Below are positions 40,458 through 53,442 of a stretch of 64,000 nt of DNA, in pieces. The notes beneath the pieces are model-generated. The model was given only the letters and a program-made list of their open reading frames with translations. It made no database searches and was not told the DNA's origin. The DNA is taken from assembly GCF_009914755.1 (NCBI RefSeq), contig NC_060925.1. The stretch is one strand, 5' to 3'. A program made the translations under genes and the position numbers. The DNA is from the human T2T-CHM13v2.0 reference genome, Homo sapiens. Position 1 is the stretch's first letter; every line of letters begins with the position of its first letter.

Positions 40458-42032
40458 TAGTTGGAATAGTCTTCCAGTGAGAGGAGAAGAACTAGTGCCA
40501 CAGAGGAAATTTGGCAAGACAGTGGGTGACCAAAGTAAAGCTGCATTATAATTACCATCTTTGAGTCCAGAGTCTGCATAGGAGGAAAAGAGAAGGGCTC
40601 AGGCTGAAGCTTGGGTAACACCAGTATTTGAAGAGCCAGCAGCAGCAGAAGAGGCATCTTTAAAGAAAAAAATACTGGGAAATAGCATTCTCCAATTTGT
40701 TCAGATTTAAATCTCATAACAATGGTTTTTATCACCAACTCTTTTCAGATAAATCAGCTCAAGCTTAGAGAAGAAATTAGTCTCCCAAGGGCACATAGCT
40801 AGTGTGTGGCAGAATTAGGATCTGAAGCCTGCTGTGTGCGATATCAAAACCACTATGCTAACTATTCTCTACATCTTTAAAAAAATCACAAACTTTGAAT
40901 TTTAAGGAAAACGCGAGTAAAGAACCCAGAGTGATATAAGAATAAATAATATGTTGAACATTTCATAGGCAGGGTTGATAAGAATCTGATGCTCACTCCA
41001 AGTACTGCAAATAAAATTGGCATGTGATTCAGGATACTGTAAGTCTCCTGGGTCAAATCCTAATACCAAACTTGTGCTGGTTTCTCTCTGATGTTTGCCA
41101 CAATGTGGGCTGTCATTCATCTAAAGGAGTGGGGTCAGATGGAGATCCAGAGGAGCCCCAGTGACCGGCTTGTTTCTACAGTGGCCCTACGTGTGGGGAA
41201 GGCCCAATGAGACTGTTAGTTGTTTCTACCCACCCTTCACCCACTTCTCTTTGGTAGGCTTTTTTTTTTTTTTAAGTTGTGATTCATTGTTATGAAAAAC
41301 CTTTATAAGAACAATTTTACATTTGGGTTTCAATTATGTACCAACATGAGGTTCTTTAAACAATGCATTCATTTAAGAAAATGAAACCTTGGCCTTTATG
41401 GGTCACTTTACATATTAAAAAACATGCTCATAAGGGAAGCCCTAAGCGGATCCAAGAAGTGTAAGATTCACTTGTTATTTTACTTTTTATTAATACTGAT
41501 TTATAATGAGAATAAAGACATACCCTTACTTAAAAATAAGTGCTGGTAATGTAGGCTATAATTTGAGAAGTGGAAAGCTTTAAAAAACCTTCCATGGTGG
41601 TTCCCACCATGGAGAGGGGCTGACTTGCTGTTAGCAGTGATTCTTTTTTCTTGTTCTTAAATATTTCCTTCATGCTTGATTCAGTCTTCATTTAAGTTTT
41701 AATTTTGGATTTTCTTTTTCTTATAGAAACATCTTGTAAAGCAGTAAAAATAAAAAGTTGTTTCTTTTGAAAGAAAGCTGATTACTGAGGTGAGACAGCC
41801 CAGTCACTGCCCCAAACAGTACAGCGTTTGTATTGTTAAACTGGAAATGAATCTGAAGTCTCCTGGTTTTCCATTCTCCAGGACTGCATGTCCATTCTTT
41901 CTACTCTTCCAAACTTGCAAATGTCATCATATTTTAAAAAGTGCCTTATTGATAGTACAATTTTCAAGTAAATTGAAATTTCCCTCTTTTTAAATCCAAG
42001 CTCCCTCTTGCTTCCCTCTCTCTCATACCACA

Positions 42033-42072
<40 letters not shown>
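42033..42072. repeat. (CA)20 microsatellite
   Basis: Direct reading. Confidence 0.95.
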
Positions 42073-42074
<2 letters not shown>

Positions 42075-43707
42075 TTAATGGTACAGACAGGCTGCTTTGC
42101 ATGGAATTTGCCCTGCATCTAGACCTGACTGTCAAAGGAAGACTCTGTCCTGACCCCAGCAATACTTGTTATTTGATTTCTTAAATTAATTTTTTATTTG
42201 TAATCTCAGGTTTTGTTGACCTTGGAGAACCTCCTGAAAGAGCAATTGGAGAGCTGATTTCAGTCTGTAGACAAGTCTATGTGGAATAAGAAAGAATAGC
42301 ATAGTCCGATAGGCCAAATTTTGGATTTGTATTTTAGAGCTAAGAGTGCAAATTCCATTAAGGTTGTACTTACAATAAAATTTCTTTTAAATCTGTTTTT
42401 CATCTTTAGTTTGGAAATCTGTAATATAATCTATGATTCAGAATATTTCCTATATTGGGAAAGAAGCTAAGTTGTAAAAACTAATATAATGACCATGGCT
42501 AAAAAGAAAGTTTTATTATGTTATGCCTTAATTGACCTCAACATGAAAGAGGAGTCCAGAGGTGAAGAAATATATTTGCAATGGAAAAATACCGCTTTAC
42601 AAAAAAAAAATAAAAGAGGACTCTCACATCACCAACAGAATTTCTGCTAAACTCTGGGTGTGACAGACTGGTTTGGTTTTGCATTAACTTTAGGATTTTG
42701 GTGTAAATCGGCTTGTGGAAGCTTGAGGGGGAATGGTACAGAAAAGGAAAGAGAGAGAGAAATGCTTCTTCCCTTAGTCTATGACCTCCCATCCTCAAAT
42801 CTATCTGGCTCATGGACTAACAGAATTTGGATGGAGTCCTGTTTTCATCCATCTCCATCCTTATCCCAACAAACATGTCTTCATTAATTCTATCACTCTG
42901 TGATCTTGAGCAAGTTACTTAACAGATGCAGGTCTCAATTTTCTGGTTTTCTCAGGAGCTCAGTAAATAGTTTCAGAGGCTGGGCAGGTAATAAAATAAA
43001 TGAATGATGTGGGGAGAGCTAGACGTTAAAGTCCTGTAGCAAACCTTATAGTGCGCCTCCCAGAGAGCCTATTCAAATGGCTTCATTTATTCATTTTAAG
43101 TTTTAGATGTTTAGTTTAAGTCCACACTTGGACTAGATACTCTCTAAATTATCTTCAAGATAAAATTCCATGAATTATCTGTAAGCCGTCATACAGATTG
43201 TATTTTCTTCTACTCATGTCATTCTCTGAGACTCAATGGGGATCAGGAGACCTGTCCCAACTGGCTTCATGTAAAATATTTATTTAAGATTTTCTGCATC
43301 TGTAGTCAATGAGATGGAATCCTTTTCTCCCACAGAACCCTCCTTGAGCTAGTAAAGTCTGTACTTGAATCCATGCTCTTTTGTCTGAGGCAGATCAGAT
43401 TGGGGAATATGATAAATCAAAGTGCTTACTCAAATATTAAACTCTAATGAAGTCTTGGCATTTAAAAATGTGCTATTACAATTAACTAGCTGGCTCCATC
43501 CCTCCTGGAATACTATCTTTTCTCTTTCTCCAGGAGTGGTGACTACATTCTGCTGTAGTCAGATTTTTGACTTTCTAGAAGGAATCTCCTTGTGAGGTAG
43601 AAAGGGAAGCCCATCTGAAGGTCATTTGCATATTCCAAACTATTAGCCACTATTGAAAATGAAAGGACTAGATTATTGATGTCTGAATTGATTGGCAGTA
43701 AATGGTG

Positions 43708-43759
43708 TCAAGATGCAAGAGCATGATAAGCTCAAGATGTAAGAGCATCATAAACTCAA
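43708..43759. repeat. 24-bp tandem duplication (2.2 copies)
   Basis: tcaagatgcaagagcatgataagc / tcaagatgtaagagcatcataaac / tcaa. Confidence 0.85.
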
Positions 43760-44008
43760 AGGAGTATTTAGCATCTGCATATCAAAATTGTACCCAGAAT
43801 CCAATGATTACATGAAATGTAAGCTCATTGTTTCTTTTAAGAGTAGTGAGATTATTTCACAAGATTGACTGTGATGATTATGACTATGATGAAGATGACT
43901 ATTGTGGGTCATCTTTAGGGATTTTGCTGTAGGTAGACCTTCGCTGTCACAGTATTTTTATGTCATATATAAATTTAAAATCTGGGGCAAGTAAGTTTAA
44001 ATGATTGC

Positions 44009-44027
44009 TGTGCGCGCGCGCGTGTGT

Positions 44028-44070
<43 letters not shown>
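44009..44070. repeat. Compound (GC)n(GT)n microsatellite
   Basis: tgtgcgcgcgcgcgtgtgtg-gtgtgt... alternating purine-pyrimidine tract. Confidence 0.95.
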
Positions 44071-44072
<2 letters not shown>

Positions 44073-46183
44073 ACTGATCAGGCAACGAATTCTCCTGTTG
44101 GCATCTTGACTGTTACCTCCTGAGGGTGGGATTGTGCTTCTCAGTCTAGATTTCCTTGGATTTAGTGATGATTTAGTGATGGGCCTGCTATTTTTGCTGA
44201 GTTACCTCAGGAGGGAAATGCTTCAGAAAGGGAGATCTGAGTCTAAGGCTCTGGCTCATGTTGCTCAATCATGGACTTGCCGGCCCTCAGCTCCATGCAC
44301 TGTTTTTCTGGTCCAGGTAACCCTGGGAGTTCCCAGGAGGACTGAGTGCCCGTGACTGTCCTAATTGCTACTGTGAAGCTTCCTCTCCTCTCTGCTCCTT
44401 TCTGGCACACCAGACCCCTTATCTTGTGGCTCACAAGGCCACTGGCCCTCTGGCCGTGGCAGCTAGTCCTGGGCGGCTCTGTGACTTCGCTGACATTAGC
44501 AAGCTCTACCACTTTCTATTCCAATTATGGGTTGCTGAAGGGAGAAAAGTCTTCCTTTGCCTTTAGTGTTTATAGTTTCTTAGGCTACAGCACAGAGAGG
44601 CTTTGCTCTCTGAGTTCTACTCACTGGCCCTAGGACAGTATTATTTTAGTTTATTTGGAATTTGGCACAATTTCCCTTACACCAAATTTAGGAACTGCAC
44701 ACAAATCATTCTTCCCAACCAACGTTCCTTTTAGGGTCTTTGGTTGAATGGAAAATCTTTCTTCCATCAAATTGATTCATGATGCTATCAGGACTTCCTT
44801 CCTCTCTCCTTTCTTTTCTTCCTTTCTTCCTCCTACTCTTTCTAATTCCCTTCCTTCCTCCCTTCTCTCATTCTTCCCTCTCGATTACTGATAGATGTAT
44901 GGAGGAAAGATCAGGAGGGAACAGTTGACAAAGGATCCCTGGCTTGTGGGGAAGGGGGACACTGAACATAAGGATGGTACAGAGAAGTGTTGACAGACAT
45001 TTACTTCCCAAGTTGCCTCTGTGAGACCTTCTCACTGAATTCCCTCAGATGGAGTTGAAAAGCACTTGACTACATCCCCTTGCTACCTGGGAGACTGGGA
45101 AGGTAGTTTTCTTGCTCCCACAGATATGATACTTCTGCAATACACTTTGGGGGAGAGGCATCAGTAGAGGAGGGGGTTAACGTAGAAACTATTTCTTTAT
45201 TTTTTTTTCTACCACTAATAATCCAGAATGAGGCCTGTCATATAAGATGAGGAACTAAGGACAAAAGGTAAGCCCTGATTCTTAATTTCTCTGTCTGTCT
45301 CTGTGGGTTTAAGTTAACCCTTATTAGTGAGTCCACATCATATTGCTTTCTAATTAAAACATATATATGTCTAATGAGTTTACAGAATAATAAGGCATTT
45401 GTAATACTTTAATGAAGGGCATTCTTTTCATCTTTATTTACTCAGCAGCATAATCAGGACCAACTTAGAAAGGTTAGATGTGGTCAAAATAAATGTATGA
45501 AGAGTGGCTATTAAGGGGTAGAGCATATGTATGCAGACTGTGGTTAAATAACGGTAAGTAGGATGTGTTTATTAAAATGATGCACGGATTTTATCCCTTC
45601 ATTCTTGATGTCTCTTAGTACCTGACATTATACTGCTATGGTTTCCATGGAAACAGCACATACTCTTCCTTTCAGCTGACCTGAAGTTCAAGCCCTGCTG
45701 TTGCAATAGAAATTCTCAGAAGCACCTCCACTTTTATTAAAAACAAAAATACCAAATCTATGCAAAAAGTAAAAGCAGAAAAAGAGGACAAAAATATCCA
45801 TTGACGATATTGCAGGAGAGAAGAGAGAATGCACAATATTTTCATTAAGATAGAATCAAGAAACAATTTACTATGCCGGAGGTTGAGAGAGTCTGTCATT
45901 TCCTTCCCCTAAATTACCTTAGAATTGATCCTCCTGAGCCTGCCTTAACATCTTCACCTTTCATTTCTAATTCAATATGTTCTACTATTTTTAGTTTTCT
46001 GGAAGTATCTCCTTTACTGATTTAAGAACTTGCTTCTTCGTGACTCACAAAAAATGTTGATCCAGTCTATACATTGCATCTTTAATAAAGGGAGGTTAAC
46101 TTTAGGGTGGGATTGCTGGAATAAGACGTTTCATAAGGAGTCACAAAGTGGGTCTCTTGTCCACAGCCTCCTTTTATTTGTTT

Positions 46184-46721
46184 TGTTAGCAAAGATGCTT
46201 TGGGTTGCAAGTAACACAAAACTTCTTGTGGTCTATATAAGAAGGTGGATTCATTGGCTTATGCAACCAAGGGTCCAGAGCAGAGCCATAATTTGATTTG
46301 GGATCTGGGTCTGTTCCTCTAGAATTTTCTAAGCTTTGGCCTCTTAGAGCTGACATAGTCTTCAGGCCAGCTTCTGCACTGTAGCAAAACGCCTGAAGCA
46401 ATTACCCAGATTATTTCAGCCTGCCATACAAAAGCGAGAAAATGAGGATGATTTTTCAAGAAATTCCTACCAAATAGCATCTTCAGCCCCATTGTTCTGA
46501 TTACACCAAGGGCACCCCATGAGTCCATAACTGAGCAGGACATGGGGTAAAGCTGATTGGCTTTGGGCCTGAGTCATAGGCTCAACTTCTGGGCCAGGTG
46601 AAGTTAGTCTCCTCCAAAGCATATAGACTGCATGGCAGAAAGATGGACATCAGTGTAAAATTTGGAGGTATTACCAAGAGAAGAATAGATAGATACTGGG
46701 AAACAGACATTGTCCACTGCA
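46184..46721 (-). mobile_element. Old MLT1 (J/K-like) MaLR LTR
   Basis: tgttagcaaagatgctttgggttgcaagtaacacaaaact...tgtccactgca. Confidence 0.65.
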
Positions 46722-46807
46722 AAAGGCTATCTCATGCTAGAACCATGAGTCTCAAGCCAAATTTTTCATAGTGCCTAGCATATTCATATCTCTGTTGTTT
46801 TCTAATT

Positions 46808-46810
<3 letters not shown>

Positions 46811-46850
<40 letters not shown>

Positions 46851-46859
46851 ACACACACA
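46811..46859. repeat. (AC)n microsatellite inside a duplicated segment
   Basis: Direct reading. The flanks match 45343-45406. Confidence 0.95.
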
Positions 46860-49800
46860 TATATAATGCGCTTTCAGAATAATAAGGCACTTGTGATATG
46901 CATACAACTCTCTGTCAGAGTTTAGAAAATTCCAGAGTAACAGACCTAGAGTCCAGATCAAACCATTCCTCTGCTCTGGACCCTTGGTGATGTAAACCAA
47001 TGAATCCATCTTCTTATATAGACCACAAAAAGTTTTCAGTTACTTGCAACTCAACACATCTTTGCTAATAAAGCAAACAAAAGGGGGCTGTGGAAAAGAG
47101 GCCCACCTTGGGACTCCTTGTTCATGTGAAATGTCTTATTCCAGCAATCCCACCCTAGATAAAGTTAACTGCCCTTTATTAAAAATGTCATTTATAAGTG
47201 AACCTCTTTGGGATTCCAAATAAAATCTCAGGTCTTGAAAGAGACGTTAGCTAGATTTCAATCTCATCTACTTTCCTATTCACAATGTAACCTTCTCAAT
47301 TTATTTAATATTACAGCTTGCCCACCCCATCTCATTATGTTATCTTCCATAGCCCTTAACACTTTTACCATACTACAAAATTTAATGTTTGCTGTGTTTA
47401 TTGTTATATTTGTTGTTTGTTATATTCACTGACATATCCCAAGCACTTAGTGAGTATCTGGGATATAGTAGATGCTCAATAAGTACTTGTCTAACAAATG
47501 AATGGAATGTATAAATAAACAGTTGAATTTGACCAGGCACTTTATGGCCATTTGCTAAGGCAATTTGATTGATCTGATTTTTGACAACTGAATATAGTAC
47601 TCAAATCTCTATTTCTAAAATATCGTTCCACAGGGATTTTTGTACCTGTAGCTTTTGTGCTCCTGTAGGCAGATAACAGTAACCCCAACCTGAGTTAGAC
47701 ATTTTAAGGGAGGTTTGTTTCTTGGCTCCTTAAATCCCTTCACTTGGTTGGAAATGAGAATAGAGGGATATATGGAAGTCACAGTTCTATCATCAGGGTT
47801 GCAAAACTCTCCTTCATCCAGGCAAGATCAAGATCTTTCTGGGCTTGGAAGAGTTAACTGTGTCTTAGAGGAGTTCTCTGCTGCCCACTTAGCATGCCAG
47901 TGGGTATCTAGAAGCACTTGCCTTCAGGCTTCTCAGGACAATTTGCAGTTTGATGTCAACTTGAAAGCAAGATGTTTTCCTCAGTTTAGGGCAAAACCTA
48001 CCTCTTTTCGCTATAGTGGCTATTCAGCCTGAGTAGCATGGCTCATGAACCTCCTAAGCGATTTCTTCACAAAGCAAACCTTGATAGCACTAGAGTTAAA
48101 GGCCAGGTCAGGGAAGGGCCCTGGCAGGTAAATATTCTGCTCTGGGTGGCCTCAGGGGAGGGATAAAAAATCATATCTGCTCTCTTGTGAGAAAGGGTAA
48201 AATTCACAGTGTTGTTTAGCTGGTTGTTAACTTTTACTCAGGATGTTTCGGTTGCTAAGGGCACATGGTAACTTTCATGTGAGCTCTACCTATGAACCTA
48301 TCATCATATTCCATGAGTCATGCAAGGGGTTCTAATTTAGTACATAATTCAATTCTTCCACCACCAAGATGTCAGGGTAGAGGGTTCAAGACTTCATCCC
48401 CTGGAGATCATATCCCTAGCTCTGGACTGAACTCCATCTAATTATTCCAAACAAATTCCTTTTCTGTGGGCTGTCTTGCTCTGATTCTGAAATCCAAGAG
48501 ACTTGCAGAGATGATACACACTAATAAATAATTCTATCGTGTTATATGTAGCACTTCCAGCCAGAAATCAGCCTTACTATGACAATTATGTAAAAGCTTC
48601 TATTGAAACAGTTTTGCCTGCCATAATCCTTGTCTCTAAGGTTAGATACAGTTGCCTCTATAGTTACCTGGGCAGTTCACCCTGCTCAGGGAGCTATATG
48701 TAACAATCATCAGACGCAGGGATTAAAAATATTTAACACCCTGTACACTGTGAACACCAGACAATCTCAATGGAGGGCAGCCAGTGAGTTGAATACATCA
48801 GCCTTGCCCAAAGAGATGTGTGGGTGGTGATATCAGCCACTAGTTCCCCTTCACCATCTATGAATTAAATAATTACTTTTCAAGAGTCCTCATGTGTCAT
48901 CTCACTATCTATTTCTCCAGATGAGAAGACCATTTCTAAGGGAGATGAATGATTTGCTTAAAGTCACACAGAATTTAAATGTAACCCAAATAAATTCTGG
49001 AACCCCGTGTGATCAAATCTTTGCATATTTTGTGCAAGGAAACACAATCTAGAAACCAGAAGTAATTACACATATTTTGAATCCAGTTTTGGTCTTTCAA
49101 GGAAATGACAAAGAGAAGAGTAAATTCTTAATGCATGGCTAAAGTCATCTTCCTCCACTGCTTCCTTTCTTAGCATATTTTACATAGACTGCAGCTGTTA
49201 CTCTGCAAGCCTCTCTATTTTCCTCCCATCACTTGCTCAAAAACTGCTCCAGAAACCCCACAAACATGAGTTAAACAATCCTCCTTCCCCTGTTGAAGGA
49301 GCACTGTGAGGTTTTGCCCAGTGGTTGGCCTGGCCAGGCTGTGGGAGGAGCCCAATGGACCAGGAAGCCATATCACCCATCCCACCAACTCAGACTCCTG
49401 ATTTTCTACAAAGGGAAGCACCTGGAGGCCACTGACAAATGCATTTCTCCTATCAGTCTCACAGCTTTCCCAGTAAAAAATCATTTTTGGAAATTTCAGT
49501 TGAATATAATTCTGAACCTCACTGCACGTATAACCTCTAGGAACTGGAGCCAAGACCTCAGCTGGGGTCTCTAGGGTCCATGCAAATGGATATTATGTCT
49601 CATTTATGCTCAGCACACAGTAAATGCACAGTAAATACTCCTTAAATACAGAAATAATTCTGGGGATACAGTCAGGAAAATAATCTCAAAAGAAAAGAAT
49701 GTCAGAAGGGAAAAGGAAGGGAAAGTGCAAAAGTTTCTGCTCTCCCTTCTTTTTCCTCTCTTTTTCCCTTCCATTTTTTCCTACAGAATAATTTGGATTG

Positions 49801-50422
49801 ACCATCTACATTGGTTAAAGAAATACACCGACTGACAGTTCCATTCTTCTGTTTGCTTTGTGCAGGCCCTTTGGAATTGACTTTTATGGTCAGTCTCCAT
49901 TTTCTCTTCTTGTCACTTTCCTCTTGCTTTTTTCACTGTATGCATGAGAGTAAGTTTCTGTTATATTGTTATTTTGGAAGGTCTCTGGCAGGGTGGCAGT
50001 AAAATGACACAGCTAAGCGATACAGATTTTAATGACTTAATGCTATCATAATTTCTAATAGAAACATAAGTGGAGACACGAGTGATGTTTTAAACGATAT
50101 AAAAATGAAAAGTGGATCATAGAAAAGATGTTCATGAGAAATTACTGTGGCAGAGAAGAAGCAAGACAGGTGAGGATAAACTTGATAAAGGTGGGTCCAT
50201 AAAATAGATGCTATTAGTAAAAGGGAAAAAGTCACAGGAGAGAAAAATAACATTTTGGAAGTATGTCAGAAAGAAAAAAAAATGATGACAAAGGGAAAAG
50301 GTGAGCTGGCTTCTTAATAGGGGAAAAGAGCAAATATGAAATTACAGAAAAAGGAAGGAAGGCTTGGCCTGTCTTATGAGCCAGGCTTGGTGACAAAGGG
50401 TAGTAGCAAAAAGAATACTTAC

Positions 50423-50495
50423 GGTAATAATAGTCAATGAGGAAAGGCGGCGTGGAGAAGCGGTGCATTTCAGAATATCCAGGGTAGGAAAATCA
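50423..50495 (-). other. Candidate 73-nt exon (unassigned, probably non-coding)
   Basis: Minus strand: ctattctctccttttgtgttctgcag|TGATTTTCC...ATTATTACC|gtaagt, in non-repeat sequence with retained CpGs. Confidence 0.3.
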
Positions 50496-51024
50496 CTGCA
50501 GAACACAAAAGGAGAGAATAGAGGCAGTGCAGGCCAGCTGGCAATTATTTTTTAAACCTCATGGAAGACTATTAGGTTCCTAGGAATTTGAAAAGGGAAA
50601 GGCAGCTCAAATTTTTTATTTTTAAAAGTTTGATGAAATGTGTTAAAGTAGGTCACAGAGAATACATGGATTTGGTGGGCTTTCTTGGGACGCAGGTAAA
50701 TTTTGGTGAAGCTAATAAAATGGCTAAGTGACCAACACAGGGCCAGCTTGCCCACTGGCTCAAATATGGGCTTCTAAGGGCCCTGGTTCAGACATCCACC
50801 CACTGCCACCTCCCCCTCCCATTGTGTACCACTTCACTTTTTATGACTCCACCAGTGGTAGAGAACCCATATTTCCCCTTATCTTTCTTTCTGTGTACAC
50901 ACGGGGAAGACTGAACTTTCCCTTCCCAATGCAGATGAGCAGGTGCTTGTGTGTCTAGGTGGAAGCATACAAAAGCTGATTCTCCATGGTTTTTTCTTTC
51001 TTCCTTTGTGTTTTAAAACTATAG

Positions 51025-51959
51025 TGTATAAGTAAATCATTTCAGGTGTATTAAGGCCAACAGGTCAGGAAACAATTGCCATAGAAAAGATAGTTTATTA
51101 CTCCCAGGTCCCAAGAAGGGGACCCCATGTCCCAGGGGGCATATGGGAAGCACTGGGGTAGGTCTTGAGGCACAGGGAGGGAAGGAACTGGGTGGGAAGG
51201 AAAGGTGAGGCAGGGTAGGCAGGGTTAGGCTTGGCTACTCTGAGTGATTTGGGCAGGCTCTGGGGCACAGCGGCTGTCCCTAGTTGTCTGGTATCTGGCC
51301 CTGGGTGATTAGGACAAGTCTACAGTGGCCCAGAGTGTAAGCCTGATAAAGGAAGCGCTTTAGGGTGTGCACTCTGGATTGGTGGGTTTGTATTAGAGAC
51401 CGTAACCCCCAGGGAGGAGGAGAACTCCAGAGGAGAGTGGTGGGAGGGTGCAATGGTCTGAATGTTTGTGGCCCCCTAAAATTCCTATGTTGATATCCTA
51501 ACCCCTAGAGCGATGGTATTAGGAAGTGAGGCTTTGGGGAGGTGATTCAGTCATGAAGGTCGAGTCCTCATGAATGGATTACTGTCCTTTTAAAAAAAGA
51601 CCCTAGAGAGACCCTTCATTTCCTTCTGCCATGTGAGGTCACAGCCAGAAGACAGCCATCTATAAACCAGAAAGCAAACTCTAACCAGAATGATTATGCT
51701 GGCACGCTAATCTTGGATTTTCAGCCTCCAGAATGGTGAGACATAAATTTCTAATGTCTGTAAGCCACCCCATTTGTGGTATTTTGTTATAGCAGTTCTA
51801 ATGGACTAAGACTGGGGACAGGGCGATGAAGGAAGCAGGAGGCTTAGGCAAGGTGACTGAGGCACATTATTGGGTTGTCTAAGGCAAGGCATCTCTAGCA
51901 TATGCATGTAGGGCATTGTTAAAACATCAAGTTTTCAGAGATAGAAACATGGTTAATAC
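51025..51959. mobile_element. ERVL-class LTR (MER54/MER74-like) interrupted by MLT1A
   Basis: aaggccaacaggtcaggaaacaattgccatagaaaagatagtttattactc motif. The subfamily is uncertain. Confidence 0.6.
51449..51813 (+). mobile_element. MLT1A MaLR solo LTR
   Basis: tgcaatggtctgaatgtttgtg...atggactaagac. Confidence 0.85.
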
Positions 51960-52984
51960 CCCCTGCCTCGGTGGTTGTGGTTGCATGTGCTGACAAGGGG
52001 ATGCTAGCTGATCAAAGCAGCTTGGAGTGCTGCTGCAAAAGGCTCAGACCTGGAGAGTGACTTTGCATGAGTGAGAAGTTTGTAAGCCACTGGAGTTTTT
52101 TGTCACCAAAGCATAACTTAACTGATCCTCACTAATGTCCCCCCATATCAACTGTGGGAATTCAGTAAGGTAACACAAATAAAGCACTTCCTGATACATA
52201 ATATCGTCTCAATAGAGTTCATTATTTCCTAATATTTATATGATTTGCCAATATTATTTTTCTTCCTAGACTGCTGTTTCACTTTTCTCTGACATCTGAT
52301 ACATTGATACCCATTTCAAATAAGATCAGCTGACTTGTAATGTATAGCTATGCATGTGCTTTGCATTCTTGACTATATTTATTCTGAGAACAAAAGAGTA
52401 AGGCAAGTTTTAATATCCTGCTACTACTGCTACTAATACAATAATAAAAATTATTGTTGTCACTGATGTGTTTCCATTTTGGACATGAGGAAATCAAAGA
52501 TGAGGGAAGTCACACACCTAGACCAAGGTCATACAGCAGGTAAGTGGCTGAGATAGGATTTAATCCCAACTATGTCAGACTCCAGTCCTAGTCCTAACCA
52601 CCATGTTATACCATATCCCACTTCCAGGATACATGACAAATTGGAGAACTTCAATGCAGTGAAATACAGAACTGAAAGTGCTGTAACAATTAAGAGCTTT
52701 CTTGGCACCAGAAGCAGCCTTCCATCAGCTTCAGTGCTCAGCCTGCATTCCCCCAGGCAGCCTGACCTCCTGCAACCAACCTTGGGAGGAAGTGAACACT
52801 GACCGTGCTGCTGGGACAGGACTGTGAAATCATCCTCCACAGCATGCTGCCACATTTCAGGATAGCTGCGTTGTGCTCTTTCGCATTCTGCTTCCTCTCT
52901 TCCAACCTGACTTCAGTCTCTCCCTCGCATACATACCACTGCTTGCCTACTGCTTTCTGCCTTTACTGCCTCCACTATAGAAGT

Positions 52985-53442
52985 AGAAAGCTGAATTCAC
53001 TGCTCAATCTCTGTGAAAGCTAGTGGTGTCCACGGAAGCAGCTCTGGACCATGGGACACAAAGGGAGATCTGATGGGGGATGCCTGGGAAAGATATTTCA
53101 CTTTCTGATGAAACAGATAGGTGCAAGAGGAGACATCTCTGATAATGCCATTTCCCCTTCTCCCTGTCCTGAGAACAGATGTGATACCTGAAGCCACTGC
53201 AGTCATCTTGCTACTATGAGGCAATGAGCCTACGGATAAAAAGCGCAGAGTTGTCAGTGACAGCATGAACCATACGAAAGAGCCCACGTTCTAACCTTAT
53301 CACAGAGCAGCTGCACAACAAAACAGCAACCACCCGTCCCCTGGCCTCTTGTTAGGCAAGAAGAACAAACCTTTCCTTGCTCAATCCACTATTAACCAGA
53401 TTTTTCTCTTATTTTCAGCAGAGTGTGTTCCTAAATTATATA
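52985..53442 (+). mobile_element. Old MLT1 (I/J-like) LTR
   Basis: gatgtgatacctgaagccactgcagtcatcttgctactatgagg core. Confidence 0.65.

Larger units (their letters stand above)
46077..47187. repeat. Long inverted repeat; arms 46077-46340 and 46914-47187, spacer about 570 bp
   Basis: About 80% identity, e.g. tagggtgggattgctggaataagac vs gtcttattccagcaatcccacccta, and ccaagggtccagagcagag vs ctctgctctggacccttgg. Confidence 0.93.

Noticed and set aside
41727-41789. + strand 63-nt exon-like segment, and similar pairs at 21227-21307(+), 43534-43596(+) and 62750-62823(-)
   Set aside because: They have stops or no homology, and pseudo-exons of this quality are expected by chance in 64 kb.
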